64,000 nt of DNA from Promethearchaeati archaeon SRVP18_Atabeyarchaeia-1 (GCA_037308085.1 CP147779.1:1696001-1760000); one strand, 5' to 3'; shown: positions 39,365 to 49,696, numbered from the stretch's first letter. Numbers and translations are program-made. The notes: generated from the sequence alone by a model not told the origin.

Positions 39365-40822
39365 GTTCCGAACTGTTCGGATGGATTGTATAAATACGTA
39401 TAGTGACATATGAGCGGGCATGGAACAACTACTTCCTCCTGGGGAAGCATCCAGACTGCTCAAGGCCTGCCTCAACAAGACTAGTACAGACACAGCAAGA
39501 GTCACGGTGGCGACCCATCGAGAGAGACACCGGTGGATGGCGATGGAAGGCGAGAAGAGACCCCTCACAGTAAGGTACCAAGCCTCGGAGAGCGTCCTAA
39601 CATACCTCAGAGATATGAGAGACGCCTTAAAGGAGGCCCTCGCCCACGGATACGCCTTGGCGGAGACAAACCCAAACAAGGAAGTACCGAACCCAATAAT
39701 GCTGAGGAGGAAAGTGAAGCCCTGGTTCGACGCCCGTTACAGCTATGCGAAGCACCATGTCAACCCCCTCTGCAGGTCCGCCGTGGCTTTGCTCAGGTCG
39801 TACAGGAAACGCAACAAGAAGCTGGGCTTACCACGGATCAGCAGGCTCGCCATGAGGATCGACTCCGAGCTATTCCGCTTCAAGAAGAACGACGGTGGAG
39901 CAGCCAGCATCAGAGTAACCCTGCAGCCACTCCACTACGAGTACATCACCTTCACCCCAAGCCACAAGAAGTGGAGCATGTACAGCAGCGCGGGTAAGAT
40001 ATCCGAGATCCTACTGACCGACAGAAAGCTGTGCATCACCTTCGTTGTGGGGGCTGATAGTAGGAAGCCTCTCGGCAAGAGGCTGGTGGGCTCGGACCTC
40101 AATTTCCACAGTATGGACTCCACGGCGTTCGGCGGCGACGGGTTGGAGCCACCCCACACCGAGCCCCTTGGCAGGATAGTTCAAGTTCAGAACGACTTCT
40201 CGAGGAGGCGGAGGAGACTCCAGCTGCACGTCAAGAACCCAAAGAAGAGAGCAAGGAAGCTAACCGAGACACGCGGCAGGCAGAAGAACAGGGTCACGGA
40301 CGAGCTACACAAGCTTTCAACAAGAATCGTCCGGGAGAACCCTGGCACATCCTTCATCTTCGAGGACTTGGAGGGCATAAGAGGAAAGGCAGGGAAAAGA
40401 AAGACGACGAGCAGGAAGCTGAGGACCTATTTGAATCGCTGGCCCTACTGAGCGTTCCAGGGGATGGTGGAGTATAAGAGCCGATGTAGAACGCTTTACG
40501 TTGACCCAAGGGGGACCTCATCGAAGTGTCCCGTCTGCGGTGGAGTCTTGGAGCACCCAGCTTGGGCAGTAAGCAGGTGCAGGAAATGTGGCGTAGACTA
40601 CGACCGGGACAGGCTCGCAAGCTTGGCGATACTCCAGCGTGGCCTGCGCCTATGCGGCCAACCGTTTACGGTGAGTGCGGGCGCCTCTTGGCAGCCTTTG
40701 AGGAGTGAATACCTGTACACTCCCGGAGAGCCGAAGGCTGGGAGAGCAGGCGGGACCGAACGGGTTGCCAACGCACCGAATAGAAATGCGGACTTCTATG
40801 AATCTCCACATTTCCAGAAACG
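39365..40822 (+). mobile_element. IS607-like tnpB element with deleted tnpA, inserted in cutA
   Basis: Removing it rejoins cutA in frame (KIH|PYEVP); GGT at both junctions (39364-66, 40822-24); left hairpin TCCGAAC-T-GTTCGGA. Confidence 0.8.
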
Positions 40823-40859
40823 GTGGATCTTCAGAACGGCTTCCTCTATTCGCTGGTAG
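39537..40859 (+). pseudogene. tnpB: tnpB with an in-frame TGA at 40449-40451
   Basis: GSDLN, FIFEDL, NRWPY*AFQGMVEYK, CPVC...CRKC, DRDRLAS; ORFs 39420..40451 and 40464..40859 are in the same frame. Confidence 0.88.
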
Positions 40860-41056
40860 AGGGCTTTCTCTGTCTTAGCCATGCGAAGGCAATCTTTAGA
40901 AGTTACAATGCTTCCATTCCACCAGTAAGTGCTCGTGATCGGTCCGGCCAGCTGCACGCAGCCAGCCAACTTCTCTTCGACCAGCGTTTTGGCGATTGCG
41001 TCGGCATCTTCTTTCCTGCCGACGGTGGTAAAGACTTGTATATAGTCGCTTTCCAA
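40823..41056 (-). pseudogene. cutA: cutA 5' half (divalent cation tolerance protein)
   Basis: VFTTV...IAKTLVEEKLAGCVQ...STYWWNG...KT...KIH. Confidence 0.9.
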
Positions 41057-41172
41057 TGATCATACCTCCAACGGGGCGGGAAAAGACAAGCAGTTGCCAT
41101 TTGAAAAGAGTTAATAATTCCGCAATCTAGTATGATCCGATGAACAACCACATCAGCTTTTGGGGGAAGCTT

Positions 41173-42033
41173 ATGAAACTGGAGAGTAGCTTGCTGGCAA
41201 TTGACCTCGAATCGACCGAGAAGAGGATCTTGAAATTCCTTCAGGCTCGGCTATTGGAGAGTGGACGGAAGGGTTTTGTCGTGGGGCTCTCAGGAGGGGT
41301 TGACAGCTCAACGACTGCCACACTTTGCGTCAAGGCGGTTTCGCCCGACAACGTCCTTGGTTTGATAATGCCTCACAGGGAAAGCAATCCCCAGGACAGA
41401 GAGCATGCCATGCTTTTGGTTGAGAGCCTCAAGATACCCTACAGGCTCGTTGACATAACTAGTGCAGTCGAGGCAGTCAAAGCAAACATCACCGATCTTG
41501 CTCCGAGCGGAAATCTAGGAAAGGGCGAAGAGCAGAGGAGGCAAAATGCAATCGGAAATGTAAAGGCGAGGATCAGGATGGTGAACCTGTACCTGGCTGC
41601 GAACACTAGGGGCAGCTTGGTTGTCGGCTCAGGAGATAAAAGCGAGATCCTGGTCGGGTACTTCACGAAGTACGGCGACGGTGGCGCTGACATATTCCCT
41701 ATCGCAGACCTGTACAAGACACAGGTCAGAGCACTCGCCCGCCACATTGGCGTCCCAGAAACCATTGTCTCCAAGCCCTCCTCACCTGGGCTCTGGAGAG
41801 GACAGACGGCCGAGACAGAAATAGGGTTCAAGTACGAGCAGCTAGATCTCATCCTGTACGGATTGGAAAGATTCATGAGGCCGGAAGAGATAGCCGATCA
41901 ACTCGGAATGCAGGTTGAAGCCGTCACCAAAGTTGAGAACATGCTCAAGAGAGCTGAGCACAAGCGTAGAGGGGGAATCGTACTGAAGCTGGGCTACAGG
42001 ACACCGACAATGGACTGGAGAATGCCAATATAG
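41173..42033 (+). CDS. nadE: NH3-dependent NAD+ synthetase
   Basis: GLSGGVDS, NVKARIRM, GYFTKYGDG, DLYKTQV, PSSPGLW. Confidence 0.93.
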   Translation: MKLESSLLAIDLESTEKRILKFLQARLLESGRKGFVVGLSGGVDSSTTATLCVKAVSPDNVLGLIMPHRESNPQDREHAMLLVESLKIPYRLVDITSAVEAVKANITDLAPSGNLGKGEEQRRQNAIGNVKARIRMVNLYLAANTRGSLVVGSGDKSEILVGYFTKYGDGGADIFPIADLYKTQVRALARHIGVPETIVSKPSSPGLWRGQTAETEIGFKYEQLDLILYGLERFMRPEEIADQLGMQVEAVTKVENMLKRAEHKRRGGIVLKLGYRTPTMDWRMPI

Positions 42034-42440
42034 ATATCTGTAAGATCATCGGGCGATAGACTCTAGCGTCGGCTAATCCACTTCTGCTCCTCGTCTAGTC
42101 TAGGAGTCGGGCAAAAAAACTGGATGTGAAGCTCGGAACTGCATAGGTGGCCGTGAGCCTAGATAGAGGGTCTGAGCCTTGAGGTAACATTCTTCTCCGG
42201 TCCGGCACGAATGCAGCAGTCAACCTTGCCATGAAGATTTCAAGCAGCAGGAGAATGTTCCTACAGGTTTGTATGGTACCTGCACCACCTTGACAGCATG
42301 CTTATGCTGGAACTCTGGAGAATCTTATTAGGTTCACAACTCGGAATGCTTTCTGAACTCACCATAGAAAGGTATTTTTGTTCTTTTTGTGCAGTATACT
42401 CGTGTAGCAAGATTCCGGATGAAAATGGGGGAGTAGTGTT

Positions 42441-42863
42441 TTGACACTACATATAAACTATGATCATAGATGTCCAAAGTGTAGCGCGTATTATATACCA
42501 TATGACAAGGATGTTCCCTGTCCACAGTGCGGGGTGGTGGAAGAAGAGAGGTTCGACTATATACCGAAAGCCGCGGCCTCCCTACTCTTCAACCTCGACA
42601 ACTATGGCTCGTACGCGCCAGCTGCTTGGTGGGTGAGTTCCCTTGCCGACCACATCCTTCTTGTTCTCTTCCCGGTGTTCGAACAGTATAGAAAATCGAA
42701 CCATGAAGACTTCGACTCATTCGCTTTGGACATTCTGTCAAAGAGCAACTGGGACGAGCAGAAATACCTTGAGAAACACGTGCACCGAATTGCAGTGCGC
42801 ATATACGAGAACCTGAAGGACATGAATAGAACTAGCGGGGATGGCTCCTCGTACTACACTTAG
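42441..42863 (+). CDS. Hypothetical protein with N-terminal zinc ribbon
   Basis: CPKC...CPQCG. Confidence 0.7.
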   Translation: MTLHINYDHRCPKCSAYYIPYDKDVPCPQCGVVEEERFDYIPKAAASLLFNLDNYGSYAPAAWWVSSLADHILLVLFPVFEQYRKSNHEDFDSFALDILSKSNWDEQKYLEKHVHRIAVRIYENLKDMNRTSGDGSSYYT

Positions 42864-43016
42864 CAACTCCACTGCCTCCCGAATAGGGAGCAACCGACGT
42901 GTCCTTAGTGCTGAAATATCCTCTATCATTCCCCTTAAGAAGCGGTTTTTTGTCTGAAAGGATCCATATTAGTTTAAGTTCTATCTGGATCCTGTCTCAC
43001 ACCGTAGCATGCTAGA

Positions 43017-43760
43017 ATGGTGATTGTACTGCCCAAGAAAGTAATTTTACAGAAAGACTATGCCATCCTCAACTTGGGGTTCAGGTTCCTCATCTACCCA
43101 TTGAACACTTCCTTCATCAGAAACTTGGATCCTTCATTCATGGACAAGTGGATCCGTGCAGGATGGGCCACCGACAATACGGTCCTACTTGAGCTCAACC
43201 ATATGACTATCCCCACCTCAGGCTACCCCGACAGGAGTCCCGCATCGGCTATATTCTCAGGCGTGGTATGTGCATGGGATGCCAACAAGTACTTAAGATT
43301 CGTGGCATTCTCTAAGAACTATTTCCGCAACATCAGCCCTGTAAATTTGAAGATCGATTGCTGGCACGAGCAACGCCACGTGAGAAGCTACGAAGAATAC
43401 ATGTACGATGGATCTCTTCCTCCGAGTGAGGATGATGTTGTCGAGGAAGAAGTGAAACACGTGTATGAGACTTTGGGAGAGGAAGGGGTAAAGACGCGAA
43501 GTGATCATGCCCTCGCATCCATAGAGAAGTATAAGGACGCAGATGCGGTCCCCGGTCACGTAGTTCAGGTGTGGCTAAGAGAATTCTTCGAAAGCAGGAT
43601 CGCCAACTACAGGTCACAGACTAACCAGATCCCTCAGAACGAATACACTTCAAGAATGAAGGAAGCGAATGATAAGATGAGTGTGGTCGTTGCGAACGCC
43701 TACGAGAAGATGCTGCAAATCGACCCCAAAACAATATTCAAATACTCGCTGAAGCGCTAG
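43017..43760 (+). CDS. Hypothetical protein with an HExxH motif
   Basis: 247-aa ORF; WHEQRH followed by an acidic helix. Confidence 0.65.
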   Translation: MVIVLPKKVILQKDYAILNLGFRFLIYPLNTSFIRNLDPSFMDKWIRAGWATDNTVLLELNHMTIPTSGYPDRSPASAIFSGVVCAWDANKYLRFVAFSKNYFRNISPVNLKIDCWHEQRHVRSYEEYMYDGSLPPSEDDVVEEEVKHVYETLGEEGVKTRSDHALASIEKYKDADAVPGHVVQVWLREFFESRIANYRSQTNQIPQNEYTSRMKEANDKMSVVVANAYEKMLQIDPKTIFKYSLKR

Positions 43761-43799
43761 CATCGGAGCAGAGGGGACGCGAATATGCGCCCGATTTTA

Positions 43800-43997
43800 C
43801 TACTCTTTCTGCTTCTTGTCCACTCTCCGTCTGATCTCTTCGCTTATCTTGCCGCTCTCTTTCTCTATTCTCGTGACCGTTTTCTTGTAGATATCTTTAG
43901 GGATTCTGCCTGATACGAAAGCCTCTGTCAAAGAAGTTTTCTCGTTTCTGAGTTCCTGTAGTCTAGCTTCGAGTTCCTCTTCTTTGAAAGCTCTCAA
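43800..43997 (-). CDS. Small coiled-coil protein
   Basis: Charged helical 65-aa ORF. Confidence 0.5.
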   Translation of the reverse strand: MRAFKEEELEARLQELRNEKTSLTEAFVSGRIPKDIYKKTVTRIEKESGKISEEIRRRVDKKQKE

Positions 43998-44132
43998 CTT
44001 GTATCCACCGTCTTAATCTCTGGAGAAGGCAACACGGCGATTGTATTCCTTTTTCTTTGCAGCACAACAACGTTGAAAGAAGCAACAAAGCTTTTAACGT
44101 TGCGTCGAGAAACTTATTGAAGATGTCGTAGC

Positions 44133-45092
44133 ATGTTTAGGAGATTGTTATCAATGGTCGATAAAACCAAACAGGATGCTGCTAGCTGGCGATCAAAAGG
44201 TGACGAGCTCGTAAAGCAGGGCAAATTCGAAGAAGCCATGAAATCCTTTGACGAATCTCTCAAACTTGATCCGAAGGACTATGCGGCGTGGAACGGCAAG
44301 GGCGTTGCCTTCTACCGACTGGGCAAGTTCGATGAAGCGATAAAGTGCTACAATGAAGCGACAAGGCTGGAACCAAGATACGCGACCGCTTGGTACAACA
44401 AGGGCGATGCCCAGAATAGAGTCAGCAAATACCAAGACTCAATAACTAGCTTAGACGAAGCTCTAAAGCTGGATTCCAAATTTGCCTTCTCTTGGTATCA
44501 GCGTGGTCTTGCCCTCCTGAATCTTGGCAAGGTTGACGAATCAGTAAAGAACTGCGATGAGGCAATCAAGTTGATGCCGAACCTAGCTGCAGCACGGAAC
44601 ATAAGAGGGGTAGCACTTTACAAACTTGGCAGATATGATGAAGCGATCAGGGACTTCGACGAGTACTTGAAGCTAGACCCAAAGAACTCTTATGTCCTCC
44701 ACAACAAAGGTGACGCCTTGAACAAACTCCGCAGGTCCGGGGAAGCGATCAAGTTCCTTGATGAAGCATTGAAGCTGAACCCGAAGTTCGCTGCGACATG
44801 GTTTGAGAGGGGCAGCGCCCTACTCGCTGAGGAACAATACCAGGCCGCTGCAGACAGCTTCACCGAATCCCTCAAGCTGGATCCAAGAAATACTAGGGCA
44901 CTCCTATTCAAAGCTTTAGCCTTTCACAACCTTGGTGAGTTCGAAGAAGCAGAGAAGCTGTACGATGAAGTCATCAAGATGGACCCGAAAGATGCAAGGG
45001 CAAAATCATTAAAGGGCAGGGCACAAGGCAGGCTGAAACCCGGAGAAGTGTACGCGTTTGGTGGAAGGAAGATAGACATAACGAAGGGCTAG
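44133..45092 (+). CDS. Tetratricopeptide repeat protein (about 8 TPR)
   Basis: 34-aa repeats AW..KG..L..LG...EA...D.A.KLDP. Confidence 0.93.
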   Translation: MFRRLLSMVDKTKQDAASWRSKGDELVKQGKFEEAMKSFDESLKLDPKDYAAWNGKGVAFYRLGKFDEAIKCYNEATRLEPRYATAWYNKGDAQNRVSKYQDSITSLDEALKLDSKFAFSWYQRGLALLNLGKVDESVKNCDEAIKLMPNLAAARNIRGVALYKLGRYDEAIRDFDEYLKLDPKNSYVLHNKGDALNKLRRSGEAIKFLDEALKLNPKFAATWFERGSALLAEEQYQAAADSFTESLKLDPRNTRALLFKALAFHNLGEFEEAEKLYDEVIKMDPKDARAKSLKGRAQGRLKPGEVYAFGGRKIDITKG

Positions 45093-45164
45093 CAGGATCA
45101 TTGATCAAAAGAAGAAAAGAGACAAGCTAGGTCGGTTTGCTTGTCTTCAAGTCATATTAGCCCA

Positions 45165-45947
45165 CTACCTTCCCTTTCTCTCTTCGTGAATGGCCTCATC
45201 TATCGCTATCACAAGTGAAATGACGAGTCTTCGGTCGACGTCACTGTTTATGACGACAGCGTAATTCTGCTTGAAATCCAGCATGCTTCCTCCAACGAAG
45301 ATGTCCTTCCACATGTCGGTCTTGTCTATCTCAGCGACTGTGTTCCCCATCATGTCGTGGATCTTGAAGCTGAAGCCAAGGAAATTGCCTTGCCCTTCAA
45401 GGATCTTCTGCCCGCGGGCATCTTCGACCCAGACAACTGGGTGCACCACTGCGAGTATCTTCTGCTTGACTCGACCTAGGAGTTGTTCGCGGCCATCCTT
45501 GATCTCAAAGGTGTCTCTAATTGCAGCAATTTTCCTGTTGATGGTTGCAGTTATTGTCACGTCATTAGCTTCACGGAACTCTGTCATGTGACGCAGGGAA
45601 AGGACTCGACGATACATATGACCTATAGCTTTTCCATTCTCGTCTAGGATATCTCCAGATCCCCAACCCCACCACTTCGGGTTAACCATGTAGTAGCGGC
45701 GACGTTGATCAAAGAGAGACATCGCTTCTGAAGGCACTGCCTCCGCCTGCTGTGGACGCTGAGGTGGAGGATATGTGGGAACTGTTTGGGGTTCAGGCAA
45801 GTTTGCTGGGGGCGCTGGCACGTCTATTCTTGCGGCAGCGTCCGCATACTGTCGCACTCTAACGGGAGCCCCGCAATCCGCGCAGTAATTAGAGCCTGGC
45901 CTGAGTCTGGCACCGCAATTCCAGCAATAGTTATGTACGTCTTGCAC
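45165..45947 (-). CDS. Zinc ribbon plus LURP-one/scramblase (Tubby C-like) protein
   Basis: CWNC...CADC, Pro-rich linker, GNFLGFSFKI...VAEIDK...DRRLVISLVIAID. Confidence 0.8.
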   Translation of the reverse strand: MQDVHNYCWNCGARLRPGSNYCADCGAPVRVRQYADAAARIDVPAPPANLPEPQTVPTYPPPQRPQQAEAVPSEAMSLFDQRRRYYMVNPKWWGWGSGDILDENGKAIGHMYRRVLSLRHMTEFREANDVTITATINRKIAAIRDTFEIKDGREQLLGRVKQKILAVVHPVVWVEDARGQKILEGQGNFLGFSFKIHDMMGNTVAEIDKTDMWKDIFVGGSMLDFKQNYAVVINSDVDRRLVISLVIAIDEAIHEERKGR

Positions 45948-46229
45948 GATTGTAGATACCTCCGTTATGATCTGAGCAGCAACTACTGAGCTGGCTCAGA
46001 GTTGTTTGAGTAATGATTAGTAAGGAGGCTCTTTTATCCTTATTACTTTGAAAAACAAACATCAGCTTAAAACGATTACATAGAACGCAAACGCTACCTT
46101 CTGACAAGACGTTTCTTCCAGACGCGGTCAAGAAAGTCCACACCCTTCTGGGGTGGAATGAATGGCGGGTCTAGATGGAGGAAGATGCGTCTGACTGGGC
46201 AATAGACATGGTGCATACCGAATCTGCGC

Positions 46230-47060
46230 CTACCCAAGTCCACGAACTTTGGGGCTGTTGGGTGCGGCGTTCACTGGGATTGATTTTGAAAGTAGCATGC
46301 GATCCTCTGACACCCTGACTCTGTAGGCGTAGGCTTCGACACCTCTTGACAGAGCATGGCATAAGGCCTCAGCGAATTGCGGGTCGGTTGACTTGTAAGG
46401 TTCAAAGCTTTCTGCGTCATCTCTCTGAACTATGAAGAGAATGCATGCTCTATCGTACTCGCCACTAGACTTCGCTTTCGTCAGTTCCTCAACATGTCTC
46501 CTTCCCCTCTTGGTCGGAGCATCAGGGAACAAGGCCACCCCACTCACAACCAAGTTGCAGGACTTGACCTCCAGCAAGCATCGTCTCTCGCTTGAATCAT
46601 TCTCCCTTTCAAGCATGAAGTCCAGCCTGCTTGATCCGTGCGTGAATTCGGGTTTTATCCTGTCGTACTCCATGAATTCCTTGATATTCTTCTGAACAAG
46701 CGCTTCGCGTACAAGTCTGTTAGGCATTCTCGTGTCCACCGACACAAGTTTCTCGCCCTTCCTCTCTTTACGGACGACGGCGAAAACATCGTACTGCGTC
46801 TTTCTCACTTTGCCTCCCGTCTCGGCACCCCTCGAATCCCACTCTCCTTCGACCCTTGGCAACCCGCCAGTCAAGGTTGAGCCTCGCATGCATCTAGTCA
46901 ACACTTCTGCTCCGGGGTAGAGAAGCTCTTTGAGCCTACCTGGGTCGGGCAAGTAGCAGGGTGTGATCTCATCGTTGATTCTAACGAGGGCAAGAAACCT
47001 GTTCGGTCTGCTAACAAAGGTTCCCCTCAGTTTCGGTCCTTCAATGAGCATTCGAATCAT
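46230..47060 (-). CDS. sfsA: SfsA DNA/RNA nuclease
   Basis: RPNRF, PGRLKELL, SRLDF, LEVKSC, FPDAPTKRGRRH. Confidence 0.93.
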   Translation of the reverse strand: MIRMLIEGPKLRGTFVSRPNRFLALVRINDEITPCYLPDPGRLKELLYPGAEVLTRCMRGSTLTGGLPRVEGEWDSRGAETGGKVRKTQYDVFAVVRKERKGEKLVSVDTRMPNRLVREALVQKNIKEFMEYDRIKPEFTHGSSRLDFMLERENDSSERRCLLEVKSCNLVVSGVALFPDAPTKRGRRHVEELTKAKSSGEYDRACILFIVQRDDAESFEPYKSTDPQFAEALCHALSRGVEAYAYRVRVSEDRMLLSKSIPVNAAPNSPKVRGLG

Positions 47061-47189
47061 CTCAACGTTACGAGCGGAGCAATTCGACCTTTTCTCGCTC
47101 TTCTTATTTGAGGGTTACCCGACGGTAGGCCACATACCTCTAGGTTTAAGATGTTGATGGATGAACGATAACACAGAATCTGCCTTGGA

Positions 47190-48125
47190 GTGCGCTGTCT
47201 GATGTCCGCCGCTACACTGAGAACTCGCCATAGGGTTGTCTTCGGCGATAGTCGCAGAATGAGTGAAATTGACGACGGTTCAGTTCATTTGGTTGTAACC
47301 TCCCCTCCTTATCCTATGATCGAGATGTGGGACAGCCAATTCAGGAAATTGGATGGGAGAATAGATGACCTATTTCTTCAGATGGTTAGCGAGAAAGCTA
47401 GCGAGAAAAGGGAGGAGATAGTGAGTGAGATCTATTCTCTCATGCATGAGAACTTGGCGCAGGTCTGGAGGGAAGCCTACAGGGTTCTGGTTGATGGCGG
47501 TATAGCATGCATCAATATTGGGGATGCCACAAGAACCATCAATGGCACCTTCAGGCTGTTCCCAAACCACGTGCCCGTTGTGGAGCATTGCGAGAAGGCA
47601 GGGTTCATGTCTCTCCCCTACATCTTGTGGAAGAAACCAACGACGAAACCCAGGTACAGGGGCAAGGGCGCGTTTCTTGGCTCAGGGATGTTGCCTCCCA
47701 ACGCCTATGTTATGCTTGACTGCGAGTTCATCTTGATATTCAGGAAAGGTGGGCTAAGGAAGTTTAAGCCTAAGGACGCGCCCAGGTACGAAAGCAAATA
47801 CACCAAACAGGAAAGGGACAGATGGTTCACCCAGGTGTGGGGCATAACAGGGATGAAACAATCCATCACAGAGGTAGAGCGAAGGGTGGCAGCCTTCCCA
47901 GAGGAGATACCCAGACGGATAATCAGCATGTTCTCGATAGTGGGCGATACAGTGCTTGACCCATTCATAGGGACAGGGACCACGCTCAGGGCGGCAATCG
48001 AGCTCAGAAGGAGTAGCATAGGATACGAAATAGACGAGGAATTCAGAAAAGTGATTGAGCAGAAAGCCAAATCCGCTCAGAAGGCGACCCTTGAAGCGGG
48101 AATAGAAATCCTCCACAGGAATTGA
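47190..48125 (+). CDS. Site-specific DNA methyltransferase (N4C/N6A, beta-class motif order)
   Basis: VTSPPY N-terminal; VLDPFIGTGTT C-terminal. Confidence 0.92.
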   Translation: MRCLMSAATLRTRHRVVFGDSRRMSEIDDGSVHLVVTSPPYPMIEMWDSQFRKLDGRIDDLFLQMVSEKASEKREEIVSEIYSLMHENLAQVWREAYRVLVDGGIACINIGDATRTINGTFRLFPNHVPVVEHCEKAGFMSLPYILWKKPTTKPRYRGKGAFLGSGMLPPNAYVMLDCEFILIFRKGGLRKFKPKDAPRYESKYTKQERDRWFTQVWGITGMKQSITEVERRVAAFPEEIPRRIISMFSIVGDTVLDPFIGTGTTLRAAIELRRSSIGYEIDEEFRKVIEQKAKSAQKATLEAGIEILHRN

Positions 48126-48308
48126 CGGCCGGCTTTGTCTTTCGCATTAGGATGAGGTTGGTCTTCTCACTTTGGCGAAATACTTATGAAAATCGGGGGC
48201 ATATTATAATATTAGATAAGTGTAGTCCATTGGACCGTTTAACCTTCTGCATGTTGTTCAATATGCCTCTTCGAAATGAGTCAGAGCTGAGGAGAGTGAC
48301 TTGACCAT

Positions 48309-49373
48309 TTGAGCTATGTTGAGAACGCAATGAAATGGTGTGACGACAAGTTTGGGGGAAGAGGAGAAGTCTCGTACGACCAGGTTCTTGCAGGTAGCAA
48401 GGGAGAGAAACATAAAATCGACGTTGTCGTCAAGGGCAAGGCAAAGAGTATCCCGGTTAAGTACAAACTCCTTAGATTGACCGAGACTAGACACGCCTAC
48501 AATAATGAGGTAACCTTCGTGAAGATAGTGGATGGCGTCTGCCATCTGAAAGACTTCGACCTGTTCGCTAAGACATGCGAAGACTTCGGAGATGGGCTTA
48601 TGGCAAAGCTTGACCCAAGCAGCGACGGAGAGCATCTCTTTCCGAGTTCTGCAATAATCATGGCGAAGGATGGCTTTGATTCAGACCTTCTCACAGACTG
48701 GTGGTTGCAGAAGGAGACAAACCTCAAACTAGATTATGGTGCCGGCAAGCTCTACCTCTTCAGCAAATACGTCGACGTCTGGGTTAGAACGGCTAAGCCA
48801 GATGCGTGCAAATGCTTTCTTGAGCTTTGGACGTGGAATAATGGCAACCCCGTCCAGGTTCTGCCATTCATGGATGAGAGGGGGCGAGAGAGGCTTAACT
48901 TCAAAGAAGCCCGTAACATTGGTCTCCCCAAGGTGTCGGAGTACGCGAGAAGGGAGGATAAGGCGATAGCTGGGTCAGAGGGTCTGAACATGTTGGACGA
49001 GTTGCTCGGCGTCTACGTATTCATGCAGGAGGGTAGCTGCGTCTTCGACCACAAATTCAGGGGCATGAAAGGTGACGCCAGCCTGCTCACCGGAGCGCTT
49101 ACAGCAATTTCATCAATAATCAAGGAGACTACGAGAAGTGAAGGCGGTCTCAGGTTCGTCGATCACGGAGATGTCAAGCTCATATTCACGGAAGAACCTA
49201 ATATTATCGCAGCCCTGGTTTCTACCCAATACCGGCAGCTTTTCAGAGTGAAACTTGAGCGTTTCGCACAAGCGTTCTATGATACGTTCAAGGAAGAGAT
49301 AGACAACTGGAAGGGCAATCTGAAAGCATTCAACGGCGCGCATGACTTCATCAAAGACATTTTCGAAGTATGA
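48309..49373 (+). CDS. Fusion of an Mrr-like restriction-endonuclease-fold domain and a C-terminal longin-like domain
   Basis: N-term LAGSKGEKHKIDVVV...F....D...AIIMAKDGF; C-term GVYVFMQEGSCVF...LLTGALTAISSIIKE...VDHGDVKLIF...F...F....W.GNLKAF. Confidence 0.65.
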   Translation: MSYVENAMKWCDDKFGGRGEVSYDQVLAGSKGEKHKIDVVVKGKAKSIPVKYKLLRLTETRHAYNNEVTFVKIVDGVCHLKDFDLFAKTCEDFGDGLMAKLDPSSDGEHLFPSSAIIMAKDGFDSDLLTDWWLQKETNLKLDYGAGKLYLFSKYVDVWVRTAKPDACKCFLELWTWNNGNPVQVLPFMDERGRERLNFKEARNIGLPKVSEYARREDKAIAGSEGLNMLDELLGVYVFMQEGSCVFDHKFRGMKGDASLLTGALTAISSIIKETTRSEGGLRFVDHGDVKLIFTEEPNIIAALVSTQYRQLFRVKLERFAQAFYDTFKEEIDNWKGNLKAFNGAHDFIKDIFEV

Positions 49374-49696
49374 CTAATATTCCCTGCAGAGTCCGATACG
49401 GGTTTTCCGTTCGTGCACTTGTGCCTTTGACATACGTTGCGAGGATCACCTAGCGATTCCTTCGGGGGTCTCGGCGCAACTCCCATATTCAATAATCAGA
49501 GAAACCTGTGAGAGCACGGCTCGCGATTCTACTAGCATGAGTCCAGCTGATGGAAAGCGGACTACAAAGACTAATATAACTCGAGAAGGGCAAAGCGTAC
49601 GTAGAAAAGAGATGCCCATTGATGGTAGAGATTGCTGGCTGATTTGTGGTGAATATTGCTGCTCTACAAGCCGAAGCATTTGGAGGTCAGAGGTCT

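Noticed and set aside
39533-39997. Alternative-frame and antisense ORFs here and throughout (e.g. 8775..9227, 22571..23119, 47705..48070, 52667..53236)
   Set aside because: They overlap well-supported genes and have no recognisable motifs; treated as shadow ORFs.
40449-40451. In-frame TGA in tnpB as selenocysteine
   Set aside because: The position aligns to a non-Cys residue (WSYAELQ in the other TnpB) and no SECIS was identified; a nonsense mutation is simpler.
44133-45092. Periodic DNA similarity in the TPR gene
   Set aside because: Explained by 34-aa protein repeats.
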